Shown: positions 17,235 through 26,964 of the stretch, in pieces
Position numbering within the stretch: the stretch's first letter is position 1
How the letters are laid out: each line of letters starts with the position of its first letter
Assembly (NCBI GenBank): GCA_903831095.1
Contig: CAIKWD010000026.1
Span: forward strand, 136,477-200,476
Origin: Candidatus Staskawiczbacteria bacterium
Lineage (GTDB): Bacteria; Patescibacteriota; Minisyncoccia; Minisyncoccales; Staskawiczbacteraceae
Direction: 5' to 3'
Length of the DNA stretch: 64,000 bases
The notes under the pieces: model-generated
The model's database searches: none
The model's input: the letters and a program-made list of their open reading frames with translations, nothing else
Told to the model about the DNA's origin: nothing
Program-made: the position numbers and the translations under genes

Positions 17235-18761
17235 ATGGATATAATAAGTTTTATAATAATATTATTGGCCTTGGGTTTGGGAATTGTTGTAGGTTACTAC
17301 ATCAGGCAAAATTTGGCCAAGAAAAGAGCAGGAACTCTTGAAGCAAAATTGCAAAAAAGAGTTATAGATGTAAAAGAAGAAACATCTAATTTAGTTAAAA
17401 ATGCGGAGAAAAAGTCTTCCGAGCTTTTGGAGAGGACACAGAAAGACATAGATGAAAGGAGAAAGGAGTTTGTAAAAGCTCAGGAACTTTTGCTGGGCAG
17501 GGAAAAGTTGCTCAACGACAGGATTGTCTCCTTTGAAACAAAGGAGAAAGATTTGCAGGACAAAGTAGAAAAATTAAGAATTTTAAAGGAAAATTTGGAG
17601 CAGTTAAGGCTTGAGGCAGAAGGCAAATTGGAAAAAGTTGCTTCCCTTTCAAGAGAAGATGCTAAAAAGGAATTATTAGCTTTAGTTGAAGTGGAGAATG
17701 AAAAAGAAATTTTAGACAGGATGAAAAGGCTTGAGGAAGGCAATCAAGATAAGTTGCAATTGAGAGCCAGGGAAATTGTGGCTTTAGCAATTCAAAAATG
17801 TGCAGTTCCACAAACTCAGGAGTTGACCACAACCAGTGTTATTTTAGCCAATGAAGATTTGAAGGGAAGAATTATTGGTAAAGAAGGCAGAAATATTAGA
17901 ACTTTTGAAAAGTTAACCGGTGTAGAACTCATTGTTGACGAAACTCCAGACTCTGTAGTTATTTCTTGTTTTAATCCTATTAGAAGACAAATTGCCAAAG
18001 TGGCTTTAGATAAGCTTATTGCCGATGGCAGAATTCAGCCAGCTAAGATTGAAGAAAAAGTTGAAGAGGCAAAAGCAGAAATTTCTGTCAAAATTAAGGA
18101 AGCTGGAGACAAAGCAACTTATGACGCAGGAGTTATTGGGCTTAATGAAAAGTTGGTGCAGATCTTGGGCAGGTTATATTATAGAACCAGTTATGGTCAG
18201 AATGTTTTGTCGCACTCAATGGAGGTTGCTTTGATATCTGAAGCAATTGCAGCAGAATTGGGAGCCAACACACAGATAGCAAAAAGAGCAGGCTTGTTGC
18301 ACGATATAGGAAAGGCCATAGACCAGCAAATTCAGGGTTCACATATAGAAATTGGTATTAAGATATTGGAGAAGTTTGGCGAATCTGAGGCCATAATTAA
18401 GGCTATGAGAGCTCACCATGGCGACTACCCAGTGGAATCGCTGGAAGCTACTATTGTCACTGTTGCAGACGCAATTTCAAGCTCAAGACCAGGTGCTAGG
18501 AAAGACTCAATGGAAAACTACCTTCAGAGGCTCAAAGACTTGGAAGACATTGCTAATAAGTTTGAAGGAGTTGAGAAAACCTATGCTATTCAAGCTGGAA
18601 GGGAAATTCGTGTGTTTGTAAAATCAGACAGGGTTGATGACTTGGGAGCTGTAAGAATGGCAAAAGCCATAGCAGGGGAGATAGAAGAAGAATTAAAATA
18701 TCCTGGTGAAATTAAAGTGGTAGTTATCCGCGAAAACCGCGTCATCGAATACGCTAGGTAA
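17235..18761 (+). CDS. rny: Ribonuclease Y
   Basis: N-terminal TM, coiled coil, KH domain (KGRIIGKEGRNIR), HD domain (LLHDIGKA), YAIQAGREIRV. Confidence 0.96.
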   Translation: MDIISFIIILLALGLGIVVGYYIRQNLAKKRAGTLEAKLQKRVIDVKEETSNLVKNAEKKSSELLERTQKDIDERRKEFVKAQELLLGREKLLNDRIVSFETKEKDLQDKVEKLRILKENLEQLRLEAEGKLEKVASLSREDAKKELLALVEVENEKEILDRMKRLEEGNQDKLQLRAREIVALAIQKCAVPQTQELTTTSVILANEDLKGRIIGKEGRNIRTFEKLTGVELIVDETPDSVVISCFNPIRRQIAKVALDKLIADGRIQPAKIEEKVEEAKAEISVKIKEAGDKATYDAGVIGLNEKLVQILGRLYYRTSYGQNVLSHSMEVALISEAIAAELGANTQIAKRAGLLHDIGKAIDQQIQGSHIEIGIKILEKFGESEAIIKAMRAHHGDYPVESLEATIVTVADAISSSRPGARKDSMENYLQRLKDLEDIANKFEGVEKTYAIQAGREIRVFVKSDRVDDLGAVRMAKAIAGEIEEELKYPGEIKVVVIRENRVIEYAR

Positions 18762-18770
18762 AATAATAAA

Positions 18771-18796
18771 AAAACCAGCCACAAAGGCTGGTTTTT
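18771..18796. terminator. Bidirectional intrinsic terminator
   Basis: AAAACCAGCC-acaaa-GGCTGGTTTTT between convergent genes. Confidence 0.8.
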
Positions 18797-18809
18797 AGTT
18801 ACCAAGTTT

Positions 18810-19139
18810 TTATTTTGGTTCTTTCCAGATGTGCAGATACCAATATATTGGCATAGCGATCATGTTGCCTAAAAATAATACGACTGCCCATAGGGTTTTC
18901 TTATCTTGAGCGATATGTCCGCTTTTAAATACATCTCTTATATAAATAATCATAAGAATAACTATCAATAACATAGTTAAAAGATGCAGCGGAAATATCA
19001 GAAGAAGTGCTGGTGGTATTTGATTTGATGAACTGTCAACCGTAAATATCATTGATATGGCAAGGGCAAAAAACAAAAACATATATATTATAGGCCATAT
19101 AGTAAATAGTCCGAGTAATATTTTTTTAGCTTTTGACAT
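18810..19139 (-). CDS. Small membrane protein (PLDc N-terminal-like)
   Basis: Three TM segments; DV.......KTLWAVVLFLGNMIAMPIYW. Confidence 0.6.
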   Translation of the reverse strand: MSKAKKILLGLFTIWPIIYMFLFFALAISMIFTVDSSSNQIPPALLLIFPLHLLTMLLIVILMIIYIRDVFKSGHIAQDKKTLWAVVLFLGNMIAMPIYWYLHIWKEPK

Positions 19140-19177
19140 GTTTTTTATTGGTTAATTATATTATATTCTAAATTATC

Positions 19178-19909
19178 TTAAATAAGGCGGGTGATGATGA
19201 ATATGAATAGGGTACCAAGGACCGTAAGGCCCATAAGTTTGTAGGAGCTTTGCTTTGAGTGGGCTTCTGGTAAAATATCAGAGGCTCCAATGTAGAGAAG
19301 GAAACCGGCAAAGAAACCCAAGTATAAAGTTAAGAAATAAGCTGGGACTGTAAAAAATAGGGTAGACAAGGCTCCCAAAATTGGAGTTATGGCAACTAGA
19401 AGTAGTAATAATTTTGATTTTTTATCGCTGTTTTTATTACTTAACATTAAGCTGACTGTGTTCATGCCGTCTGTAAAGTCGTGCGAAATAACAGCTACTG
19501 CAACCAATAACCCAACAGCAGGGGAGACTTGAAACCCAAGCCCTATACCAAGACCATCCATAAAGCTATGCCCAGCCAACGCCAAAGCTGAAGCAAGTCC
19601 AATGTCGGGGTGTTTGTGGTGCAAAAAACATTCTTCGTCGTGGCAGTGCTGTATTAAGATGCTTTTTTCCAATATATGGAATATTAAGAACCCTAAAACC
19701 AAGGCAATCATTATGCTTATAGGATTAAAATCATAGGTTTTGACCTGTTGTATAATTTCTGGAAAAATATCAAAAGCTACAACTCCAAGCAATACGCCTG
19801 CGGCAAAAGCCATTATATAATGAAGCTTGTCTTTATATTTAATTGCAAAAAGCCCGCCCAGTAGGGTAGAGATAAATGTTGCTATTGAAAGTAATATTAC
19901 TGCTATCAT
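19178..19909 (-). CDS. ZIP family metal transporter
   Basis: FAAGVLL, His-rich loop, HSFMDG, HDFTDG, DILPEAH. Confidence 0.9.
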   Translation of the reverse strand: MIAVILLSIATFISTLLGGLFAIKYKDKLHYIMAFAAGVLLGVVAFDIFPEIIQQVKTYDFNPISIMIALVLGFLIFHILEKSILIQHCHDEECFLHHKHPDIGLASALALAGHSFMDGLGIGLGFQVSPAVGLLVAVAVISHDFTDGMNTVSLMLSNKNSDKKSKLLLLLVAITPILGALSTLFFTVPAYFLTLYLGFFAGFLLYIGASDILPEAHSKQSSYKLMGLTVLGTLFIFIITRLI

Positions 19910-19920
19910 ATTTGTTTATT

Positions 19921-20454
19921 TTACTCCTCAACTGATAGGGAATCAAGGATACCTTTAATCATTTTAATTTCTTTTGCAGTTATATCTTTAGGAACTTGTA
20001 TGACTGATTTGAGATTTTCTCTTAAGGATAACTCAATCTTATGCACAGGGGTGTTAGTATGGTCAGATAATCCTATCTGAGGCTTGTCTGGCTCTTTATC
20101 TGTTTTATCTTTTTTTACTATGTTATGACTGGCAAGCTTATATGATTTTGTATCCCAACCTTGTATTTTGCTTGGGTTTGTCCCGTATCTTTGGTAGTCT
20201 TTTATAATTTTAAGTAATCTGGCTTTATATGTATTGAGTGATCCTATGCTTTTGTCTTTATTTTTGGCTACAACATTTATAAATATCTCCTCTATATTGT
20301 CTTCAATTAAATCTACCGAGTTAAGTTCATCTACATTGAGAACCTTTTCAAATATTTTTAAAGCAGACTTAAGTCCATTGGCTGTATTTTCGGCATATTT
20401 TCTGTTGCCCTTGGCAAAGTCTATAAAATTGTATAAGTCTGTTAATTTGTTCAT
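19921..20454 (-). CDS. Hypothetical protein; N-terminus resembles an integrase SAM-like core-binding domain
   Basis: FIDFAKGNRKYAENTANGLKSALKIF ... SLNTYKARL. Confidence 0.5.
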   Translation of the reverse strand: MNKLTDLYNFIDFAKGNRKYAENTANGLKSALKIFEKVLNVDELNSVDLIEDNIEEIFINVVAKNKDKSIGSLNTYKARLLKIIKDYQRYGTNPSKIQGWDTKSYKLASHNIVKKDKTDKEPDKPQIGLSDHTNTPVHKIELSLRENLKSVIQVPKDITAKEIKMIKGILDSLSVEE

Positions 20455-20592
20455 ATATTTTTTATCTTAATATTTATAATCTTATTATATTTCAATCTTT
20501 TATCTAAATCAAGATAAAAGACAAGATAAGTAGTCAGACATAAAAAGATAGATAAAAATTACAGCAAAAAACCGCCCTAGACAAAGCGGTTT

Positions 20593-21963
20593 TTAGATTA
20601 CTTCTTTTAATATCTTATCTGCGCTGTAAGCACTGATAATTTTATCCCCTTTTTTAATTATCCCTGAGTTTATAAGCTTCTTTTTAGCAGATTCGATTAA
20701 ATCCTTACCCTTTACAACTATAGGTGTAACTCCCCAGACTAATGATAGAGATCTAGCGATTTTTGGATCTTTTGTAGCTGCTATTATCATGGCCCTTGGC
20801 CTGAAATGAGAAATGGTTTTAGCTAGTATGTCATCTTCTGCTCCTATAATAATGGCTTTTGCCCCGGACTTTTCAACAATATGTGCAGTTGAATTGGCAA
20901 TGCACAATTCTGGAGCCATATTAGAAAGTTTTAGTTTTTCATGTATGGTTTCCTGGTGGTCGTCTGTGGCTTCAAGGATTTTTCTCATCATGTCTACTGT
21001 TTCTGTAGGATATTTACCAGAGGCTGTTTCTCCAGAAAGCATAACTGTATCTGTTGAGTCAAATACAGCATTAGCAACATCTGAAACTTCAGCTCTTGTT
21101 GGAATTGGGTTTCTTATCATTGAGTCTAACATCTGAGTGGCCACTATAACTGGCTTTACTTTTTTTCTGACGGATTCTATTATTTCCTTTTGTCTTATTG
21201 GGAGCTCCCAAAGTGGGGTTTCAATTCCAAGGTCGCCTCTAGCAATCATAATCATATCTGCCTCATCTATAATTTCGTTTATATTCAAAATTGCTTCTGG
21301 CCTTTCTATTTTAGCAATTATTTTTATTTTTGATTTGCCTAAAAACTTTTTTGTTTCTAGTAAGTCCTTTGCATTTTTTAAAAAGGAAATGGCAATATAA
21401 TCAGCGCCAGCTTTTACAGAGAACTCTATATCAGCCTTGTCTTTTGCGCTTAATATTGAAGAGCTTATTTCAAGCGAAGGAGCATTAACTCCTTTTTTAG
21501 AAAGTAAAATTCCACCCTTTAAAACTATAGCCTTGAAAATGCCAGCTCTTCTGCTGGTTATTCTTACTTGTATAGTGCCATCATCGAAAAAAACTGTGTG
21601 GCCCTCTCTAGTGCCGTCTCGGAAAAGTAAAGAAGGCAAGGGAATTCTATTCTCATAAAATTCTCTGGTGCCGGTGTCTATGGTAATTTCTTGTCCGTCT
21701 TTGAGTTCTATTCCATTTTCTGGTAGGTTTCCAATTCTTATTTTAGGTCCTTGAATATCAGCTATAACAGCTATGTGTCGGTCTAATTTCTTTTCAATTT
21801 TTCTTATTGTTTCTATAATCCTTCCATGTTCTTGGTGGCTTCCATGTGAAAAATTTAATCGTGCGCCATCAACTCCAAGAAAAATTAATTTTTCTAGTAT
21901 TTTTTCTTGTTCGGACGAGGGTCCGATAGTAGCGATGATTTTTGTTTTTTTCTTGGTGATCAT
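20593..21963 (-). CDS. pyk: Pyruvate kinase
   Basis: TKIIATIGPSS, RLNFSHG, DIQGPKIR, IAKIE, ARGDLG, ATQMLDSM, MLSGETA. Confidence 0.96.
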   Translation of the reverse strand: MITKKKTKIIATIGPSSEQEKILEKLIFLGVDGARLNFSHGSHQEHGRIIETIRKIEKKLDRHIAVIADIQGPKIRIGNLPENGIELKDGQEITIDTGTREFYENRIPLPSLLFRDGTREGHTVFFDDGTIQVRITSRRAGIFKAIVLKGGILLSKKGVNAPSLEISSSILSAKDKADIEFSVKAGADYIAISFLKNAKDLLETKKFLGKSKIKIIAKIERPEAILNINEIIDEADMIMIARGDLGIETPLWELPIRQKEIIESVRKKVKPVIVATQMLDSMIRNPIPTRAEVSDVANAVFDSTDTVMLSGETASGKYPTETVDMMRKILEATDDHQETIHEKLKLSNMAPELCIANSTAHIVEKSGAKAIIIGAEDDILAKTISHFRPRAMIIAATKDPKIARSLSLVWGVTPIVVKGKDLIESAKKKLINSGIIKKGDKIISAYSADKILKEVI

Positions 21964-22007
21964 AAAAAGAAAACATGACCTAAAAGAAAGATCATGCTAA
22001 CACTTAT

Positions 22008-22081
22008 TGGAGCAGGTAAGGGGAGTCGAACCCCTCTCATTAGCTTGGAAAGCTAAGGTAATACCGATATACGATACCTGC
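22008..22081 (-). tRNA. tRNA-Gly(TCC)
   Basis: Cloverleaf on the minus strand; TTAGC-TTTCCAA-GCTAA anticodon arm; GTTCGA T-loop; encoded CCA. Confidence 0.93.
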
Positions 22082-22082
22082 G

Positions 22083-22157
22083 TGGTGCCCTCGGTTGGAA
22101 TCGGACCAACATCTAAATCTTAGAAGGATCTTGTTCTATCCATTGAACTACGAGGGC
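22083..22157 (-). tRNA. tRNA-Arg(TCT)
   Basis: GCCCTCG/CGAGGGC acceptor stem; loop CTTCTAA; encoded CCA. Confidence 0.9.
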
Positions 22158-22294
22158 CGATTAACTAGTATGTTATCATAAAACTTTTCCTTTGACAATA
22201 ACACTCTTTTGCTATATAATCCAAGATAGTTTTATTTTATATTATAATTTGTTTGAACCTTGATTATCGCTCCCAAAAATATTATAATATAATT

Positions 22295-22669
22295 ATGAAG
22301 CTGTGCAAATATTGCAGCAAAAATTATCCTGAATCTGACTTTGGTGTGGCTAGAACAATAGGGGAAAAAGTTTATCGGCGCCTAAAATGCAGAAATTGTT
22401 TTAATGATGCTAAAAAGCTGTTAAGGGGTAAATATCAAAAATTACTATCTGATTATAAAGAAGAATGTGGTTGTTGTAAATGCAAAACAAAAGATTTCAG
22501 GGTATTGGAATTTCATCATCCTGGAGACAAAGGATTTACCATCGGTTATGCGACTCACAATCATTTTGGGATTGAAAGGGTTAAAAAAGAGATTAGGAAG
22601 TGTATCGTAATTTGTGCAAATTGTCATAGAATATTGCATTATGGGCAGGCCTGGAAGCATAATGGCTGA
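22295..22669 (+). CDS. HNH endonuclease-family protein with zinc ribbons
   Basis: CKYC, CRNC, CCKC, LEFHH, KCIVICANCHRILH. Confidence 0.8.
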   Translation: MKLCKYCSKNYPESDFGVARTIGEKVYRRLKCRNCFNDAKKLLRGKYQKLLSDYKEECGCCKCKTKDFRVLEFHHPGDKGFTIGYATHNHFGIERVKKEIRKCIVICANCHRILHYGQAWKHNG

Positions 22670-22676
22670 TTTATTT

Positions 22677-22747
22677 CGGGGTGTGGTGTAATGGTAACAC
22701 GAACGCTTTGGGAGCGTTTGTTTCGAGTTCGAGTCTCGACACCCCGA
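22677..22747 (+). tRNA. tRNA-Pro(TGG)
   Basis: CGGGGTG/CACCCCG acceptor stem; AACGC-TTTGGGA-GCGTT. Confidence 0.92.
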
Positions 22748-22768
22748 CAAGTTTTAGGAAAAATTTAT

Positions 22769-22843
22769 GGCGGCTATGGTGTAATGGTTAGCACAGGACT
22801 CTGTGGCAGTCCCAGTACGGGTTCGAATCCCGTTAGCCGCCCA
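22769..22843 (+). tRNA. tRNA-His(GTG)
   Basis: G-1 plus GCGGCTA/TAGCCGC-C; GGACT-CTGTGGC-AGTCC. Confidence 0.92.
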
Positions 22844-22929
22844 TTTTCAGAAGATCGCTTTTAATTGAAGCGCTTTTTTGTTATACTTAAATAGTAATCG
22901 TTATTAATTAATAAATAAAAAAATAAATT

Positions 22930-23325
22930 ATGGCAAAAGGATTTTGTTCAAATATAGAAAAAGATACATTAGAGAATGACAATTTTAGAAAAGTTTTGTA
23001 CACTGGCAAGCACTGCCAATTGGTTTTAATGTCGCTTTTACCAAATGAGGAAATTGGCATGGAAGTTCATGAAGAAAATGATCAGTTTTTTAGGTTTGAG
23101 AAAGGCCAAGGAAAAGTGATAATAGATGGAAATGAATATGAAGTAAAAGATGGCTCGGCTGTAATTGTGCCTTCGGGAGCACAGCACAATGTAATTGCAG
23201 GAGAAAGTGGGTTAAAGCTTTACACAATATATTCTCCAGCTCATCACCAAGATGGAGTTGTCAGAAAAACAAAAGCAGAAGCTGAGGCAAATGGCCCAGA
23301 ATTTGACGGTAAAACTACTGAATAA
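22930..23325 (+). CDS. Cupin domain protein
   Basis: EIGMEVH...DQFFRFEKG...VPSGAQHNV...LYTIYSPAHH. Confidence 0.88.
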   Translation: MAKGFCSNIEKDTLENDNFRKVLYTGKHCQLVLMSLLPNEEIGMEVHEENDQFFRFEKGQGKVIIDGNEYEVKDGSAVIVPSGAQHNVIAGESGLKLYTIYSPAHHQDGVVRKTKAEAEANGPEFDGKTTE

Positions 23326-23393
23326 AAAACGAAAAAAGCGGGGATAATTTCCCGCTTTTGTTTTGTGAGAAAAGTTGGTACAATGAACAATCT

Positions 23394-24584
23394 ATGAAAT
23401 CTTATATCTGGAAAAATATTTTTGTTGTTTTAGTGTTGGCTGCAATTTTAACTGCAGGTGTTTCTTTTGCCTTGAGGAATAAGAATTATCTTGCGACAGC
23501 ATCTGTTTCAAGTGGGTTAAGTTCCATAAGTAATATTCCTGACAATGTAATTGTTCCACCACAAAAATTGAGCAATCCTCCGCAAATTGTAAAAGCAGTT
23601 TATGTAACAGCGTATTCTGCTGGAAGTAAAAAATATTTAAATTATTTGGAGAGCATTTTTCAAAATACTGAAATAAATGCAGTAGTAGTTGATATAAAGG
23701 GAAGTAACGGATATGTTTCGTATGCTTCTGGAGTGGAGGATGTTGCAAAATATGGCTTGTACAATAGCGCCATTAAAAACATTGATTTATTGGTAAATTT
23801 TCTGCACAGTAAGAACATTTATGTAATTGGTAGAATTGCATGTTTTGAAGATCCTATCTATTCTAAAGCCAGGCCTGAATTGGCAATTTATAATAAAATT
23901 GAGACGGTAGATTTAACCAAACCTGTTTTATGGCAGGACAACAATGGTCTTTCGTGGTTGGATCCCGCTTCAAAAGATGTTTGGAATTATGACATTTCTT
24001 TGGCGCACGACGCTTTGAGCCACGGTTTTGATGAAATAAATTTTGATTACATAAGGTTTCCTTCCGATGGAAAAGCAGAGACAATAGGATACCCAGTTTA
24101 TGATGGTAAAACAGCAAAAGCCGAAGTTATTAAGGAATTTTTCAGCTATATGAGACAGCAATTGGCTGGTGAAAAAATATCTGCAGACTTGTTTGGTCAG
24201 ACAACAGTAAATAAAGACGACATGGGAATTGGCCAGATAATTGAAAACGCTTTTGAAAATTTTGATTATGTCTCACCAATGGTTTATCCGTCTCATTATG
24301 CAAATAATTTTATAGGCTTTCTTAATCCAGCGGACCATCCTTACGAGGTTGTAAAATACTCCATGGGTAGCGCTTTGGCAAAAGAAAAAGCATATTTGCC
24401 TCAGGTCAACTTAGCAAAATTCAGGCCTTGGTTGCAAGATTTCAACATGGGGGCTGACTATACCAGTGCAATGGTACAGGACGAAATTAGGGCAACAGAG
24501 GACTCTCTGGGAGCCGATTATGCAGGTTTTATGCTTTGGAACCCATCTAACATATATACTCAGGATGCAGTCTTAAAAAAATAA
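23394..24584 (+). CDS. Putative glycoside hydrolase (DUF4015-like), membrane-anchored
   Basis: N-terminal TM; NAVVVDIK, IGRIACFED, GFDEINFDYIRFP, SPMVYPSHY, RPWLQDF. Confidence 0.8.
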   Translation: MKSYIWKNIFVVLVLAAILTAGVSFALRNKNYLATASVSSGLSSISNIPDNVIVPPQKLSNPPQIVKAVYVTAYSAGSKKYLNYLESIFQNTEINAVVVDIKGSNGYVSYASGVEDVAKYGLYNSAIKNIDLLVNFLHSKNIYVIGRIACFEDPIYSKARPELAIYNKIETVDLTKPVLWQDNNGLSWLDPASKDVWNYDISLAHDALSHGFDEINFDYIRFPSDGKAETIGYPVYDGKTAKAEVIKEFFSYMRQQLAGEKISADLFGQTTVNKDDMGIGQIIENAFENFDYVSPMVYPSHYANNFIGFLNPADHPYEVVKYSMGSALAKEKAYLPQVNLAKFRPWLQDFNMGADYTSAMVQDEIRATEDSLGADYAGFMLWNPSNIYTQDAVLKK

Positions 24585-24585
24585 A

Positions 24586-25377
24586 ATGGATAACATAATT
24601 GAAATTAAAAATCTAACAAAAAAGTTTAAGAATTTTACTGCCGTTGACGGCATAACTTTTGATGTAAAAAAAGGGGAAATATTTTCTTTTTTGGGGCCCA
24701 ATGGCGCGGGAAAAACAACAACTATAAAAATGCTCACAACTTTGGCCAGCCCAACATCCGGAAGTATTTTGATAAATGGATTTGACCCAGCTAAGCAACA
24801 AAATCAAGCCAGGGCTTCTTTTGGAATAGTTTTTCAAGATCCAAGTTTGGATGACGAACTTACTGCCTACGAAAATCTGAATATGCATGGCATGCTTTAC
24901 AAGATAAAAGTGAAAGAAAGAAGGGAAAGAATAAAACAACTGCTTAATTTTGTGGAGTTGTGGGATAGGAAAGACGACTTGGTAAAACATTTTTCTGGAG
25001 GAATGAAACGCCGGCTGGAAATTGCACGCGGATTTTTGCATCATCCAAAAATATTATTTTTAGACGAGCCTACAATTGGCCTTGACCCACAAACCCGAAA
25101 TCACATTTGGGAATATTTAAAGAAAATGAACAAGGAAGAGGGTACAACAGTTTTCCTTACAACTCATTATATGGAAGAGGCAGAAAAAGTTTCAAGCAGA
25201 ATTGCTATAATAGATCATGGAAAAATAATTGCCCAAGGAACATCTGAAGAACTTAAGAAATCTACAAAAACAAATTCCTTAGAAGAGGCATTTTTAAAAC
25301 TTACCGGAAGTGAAATTAGGGAAGAAACAGTTAAAAACCAAGTCATGACTGGTCATGCCAGAGTTTGGCGCAAATAA
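24586..25377 (+). CDS. ABC transporter ATP-binding protein (DrrA-like)
   Basis: GPNGAGKTT, FSGGM, LFLDEP, TTHY. Confidence 0.93.
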   Translation: MDNIIEIKNLTKKFKNFTAVDGITFDVKKGEIFSFLGPNGAGKTTTIKMLTTLASPTSGSILINGFDPAKQQNQARASFGIVFQDPSLDDELTAYENLNMHGMLYKIKVKERRERIKQLLNFVELWDRKDDLVKHFSGGMKRRLEIARGFLHHPKILFLDEPTIGLDPQTRNHIWEYLKKMNKEEGTTVFLTTHYMEEAEKVSSRIAIIDHGKIIAQGTSEELKKSTKTNSLEEAFLKLTGSEIREETVKNQVMTGHARVWRK

Positions 25378-25378
25378 T

Positions 25379-26125
25379 ATGATTGCAATTTACACTCTTT
25401 GGTTGAGAGAAGTTAAAAAATATTTCAGGTCAAAGTCTAGGATAATTGGCTCGTTGGGCCAACCACTTTTGTTTTTAGTTGCATTGGGTTTTGGATTGGG
25501 TCCTATTTTCAAAGCAGCAGGGCAGGGTGACTACATACAGTTTTTGGTGCCGGGAATTATTTCCATGAGTATTTTGTTTCTGGCAATATTCTCTGGCATT
25601 AGCGTAATTTGGGACAGGCAGTTTGGATATTTGAAAGAAACTTTAGTAGCCCCGGTTCCGCGTTGGCAAATAATGTTTGGCCGGACTTTGGGCGGAGCCA
25701 CAGTGGCTGTTTTGCAGGGAATAATTGTTTTTGCAATTTCTTTTGCATTTGGTTTTAGGATACACAGCTTTGGATTGTTTTTGGAAGCGTTTGTCTTTAT
25801 GTCTTTGGTCGCCTTGATTTTTACAGCCTTGGGAACGGCCATAGCCTCGGTGCTTGAGGATATGCATGGCTTCCAATTAATTATGAATTTTCTAGTAATG
25901 CCAATATTTTTTCTGTCGGGAGCTTTGTTTCCTTTAGCTGGTTTGCCAAAAGTTTTAAAAACAATTGTCATGTTTGACCCAATGTCTTATGGGGTAGATG
26001 GCTTGCGCGGAACTTTGGGAGGCATTTCACAATTTGGTTTGTTTACAGATTTTTGGATTTTGTCAGTTATAGTTGTGGTTTTAATTTCAGTCGGTAGTTA
26101 TGTTTTTTCCAAAATCCAAGTTTAG
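25379..26125 (+). CDS. ABC-2 type transporter permease
   Basis: Six TM segments, FLVPG, FFLSGALFP; follows the ATPase gene. Confidence 0.9.
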   Translation: MIAIYTLWLREVKKYFRSKSRIIGSLGQPLLFLVALGFGLGPIFKAAGQGDYIQFLVPGIISMSILFLAIFSGISVIWDRQFGYLKETLVAPVPRWQIMFGRTLGGATVAVLQGIIVFAISFAFGFRIHSFGLFLEAFVFMSLVALIFTALGTAIASVLEDMHGFQLIMNFLVMPIFFLSGALFPLAGLPKVLKTIVMFDPMSYGVDGLRGTLGGISQFGLFTDFWILSVIVVVLISVGSYVFSKIQV

Positions 26126-26247
26126 GCTTGCATATTGACTTGTGTAAGCTGCAAGAATATCATAAAAGAATAATATTTAATATTTTAGTAAAATGGCATT
26201 AAATTTTTTAGGATAAAAATTTAATACGTTTTATAAATAAATAAGAA

Positions 26248-26913
26248 ATGTCTAAGTTTATTTTATTCTCAGCTGTTTTATCGACAGCCGTTTTATGTTT
26301 GGCTGGATTTGCTTTGGCTCAAAGTTCTGCTCCAATATGCCCAGGCGGGACAGCATATAGTTCAACTTTGTTAAAATGCGCTGGAGATATTGCAACATGT
26401 ACTCCTGGAGTAATATATGATACAACAACCAATAAATGCGCCGATGGCAAGGTTCCAGTATGTCCTTCTTCTGAAATGAGATTAATAGCTGGTACTAAAA
26501 CTTGCAAAGTAAATCCAACTTGTATAGATGGAATGAAGTTTGATTCTACACAAGGAATATGTACTGGAGTGGCAACAACAGTTAAAATTGCTTGCATTGG
26601 AACAGCAGTTACTACCAGAGAAACAGTCATTAATTCTGCAATGACAACATACACAACTTCTTTAAATACAGCTTATACTGCCAGGTCAACAGCTTTAAGC
26701 CAGGCATATACTTTGACTACATTGGTAGATGTAAAAGCTGCAGTCAAAACAGCTTGGACTAATTTTTCTACATCTAAAAAGAATGCTAATACTGCATGGA
26801 AAAATGCCCGCAATAATACATGGTCTCAATATAGAACAGCAGCAACAGCTTGCAAAGCTCCATCTGGAGTTAGCGATAGCACGAAGTCTTCTTACGAATT
26901 GGGAGTTCAATAA
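26248..26913 (+). CDS. Secreted Cys/Thr-rich protein
   Basis: Signal peptide, repeated C-P-x-G-x-x-Y modules, Ala/Thr helical tail. Confidence 0.7.
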   Translation: MSKFILFSAVLSTAVLCLAGFALAQSSAPICPGGTAYSSTLLKCAGDIATCTPGVIYDTTTNKCADGKVPVCPSSEMRLIAGTKTCKVNPTCIDGMKFDSTQGICTGVATTVKIACIGTAVTTRETVINSAMTTYTTSLNTAYTARSTALSQAYTLTTLVDVKAAVKTAWTNFSTSKKNANTAWKNARNNTWSQYRTAATACKAPSGVSDSTKSSYELGVQ

Positions 26914-26923
26914 AAAAGTAATT

Positions 26924-26953
26924 AAAAAACCGCCTTTTATAGGCGGTTTTTTT
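26924..26953. terminator. Bidirectional intrinsic terminator
   Basis: AAAAAACCGCCT-tttat-AGGCGGTTTTTTT between convergent genes. Confidence 0.8.
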
Positions 26954-26964
26954 GTTGAGTTAAA

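Noticed and set aside
22648..22669. GGCCTGGAAGCATAATGG at the end of the HNH gene as a tRNA 5' remnant
   Set aside because: It resembles a D-arm start but matches none of the adjacent tRNAs and is too short to support.
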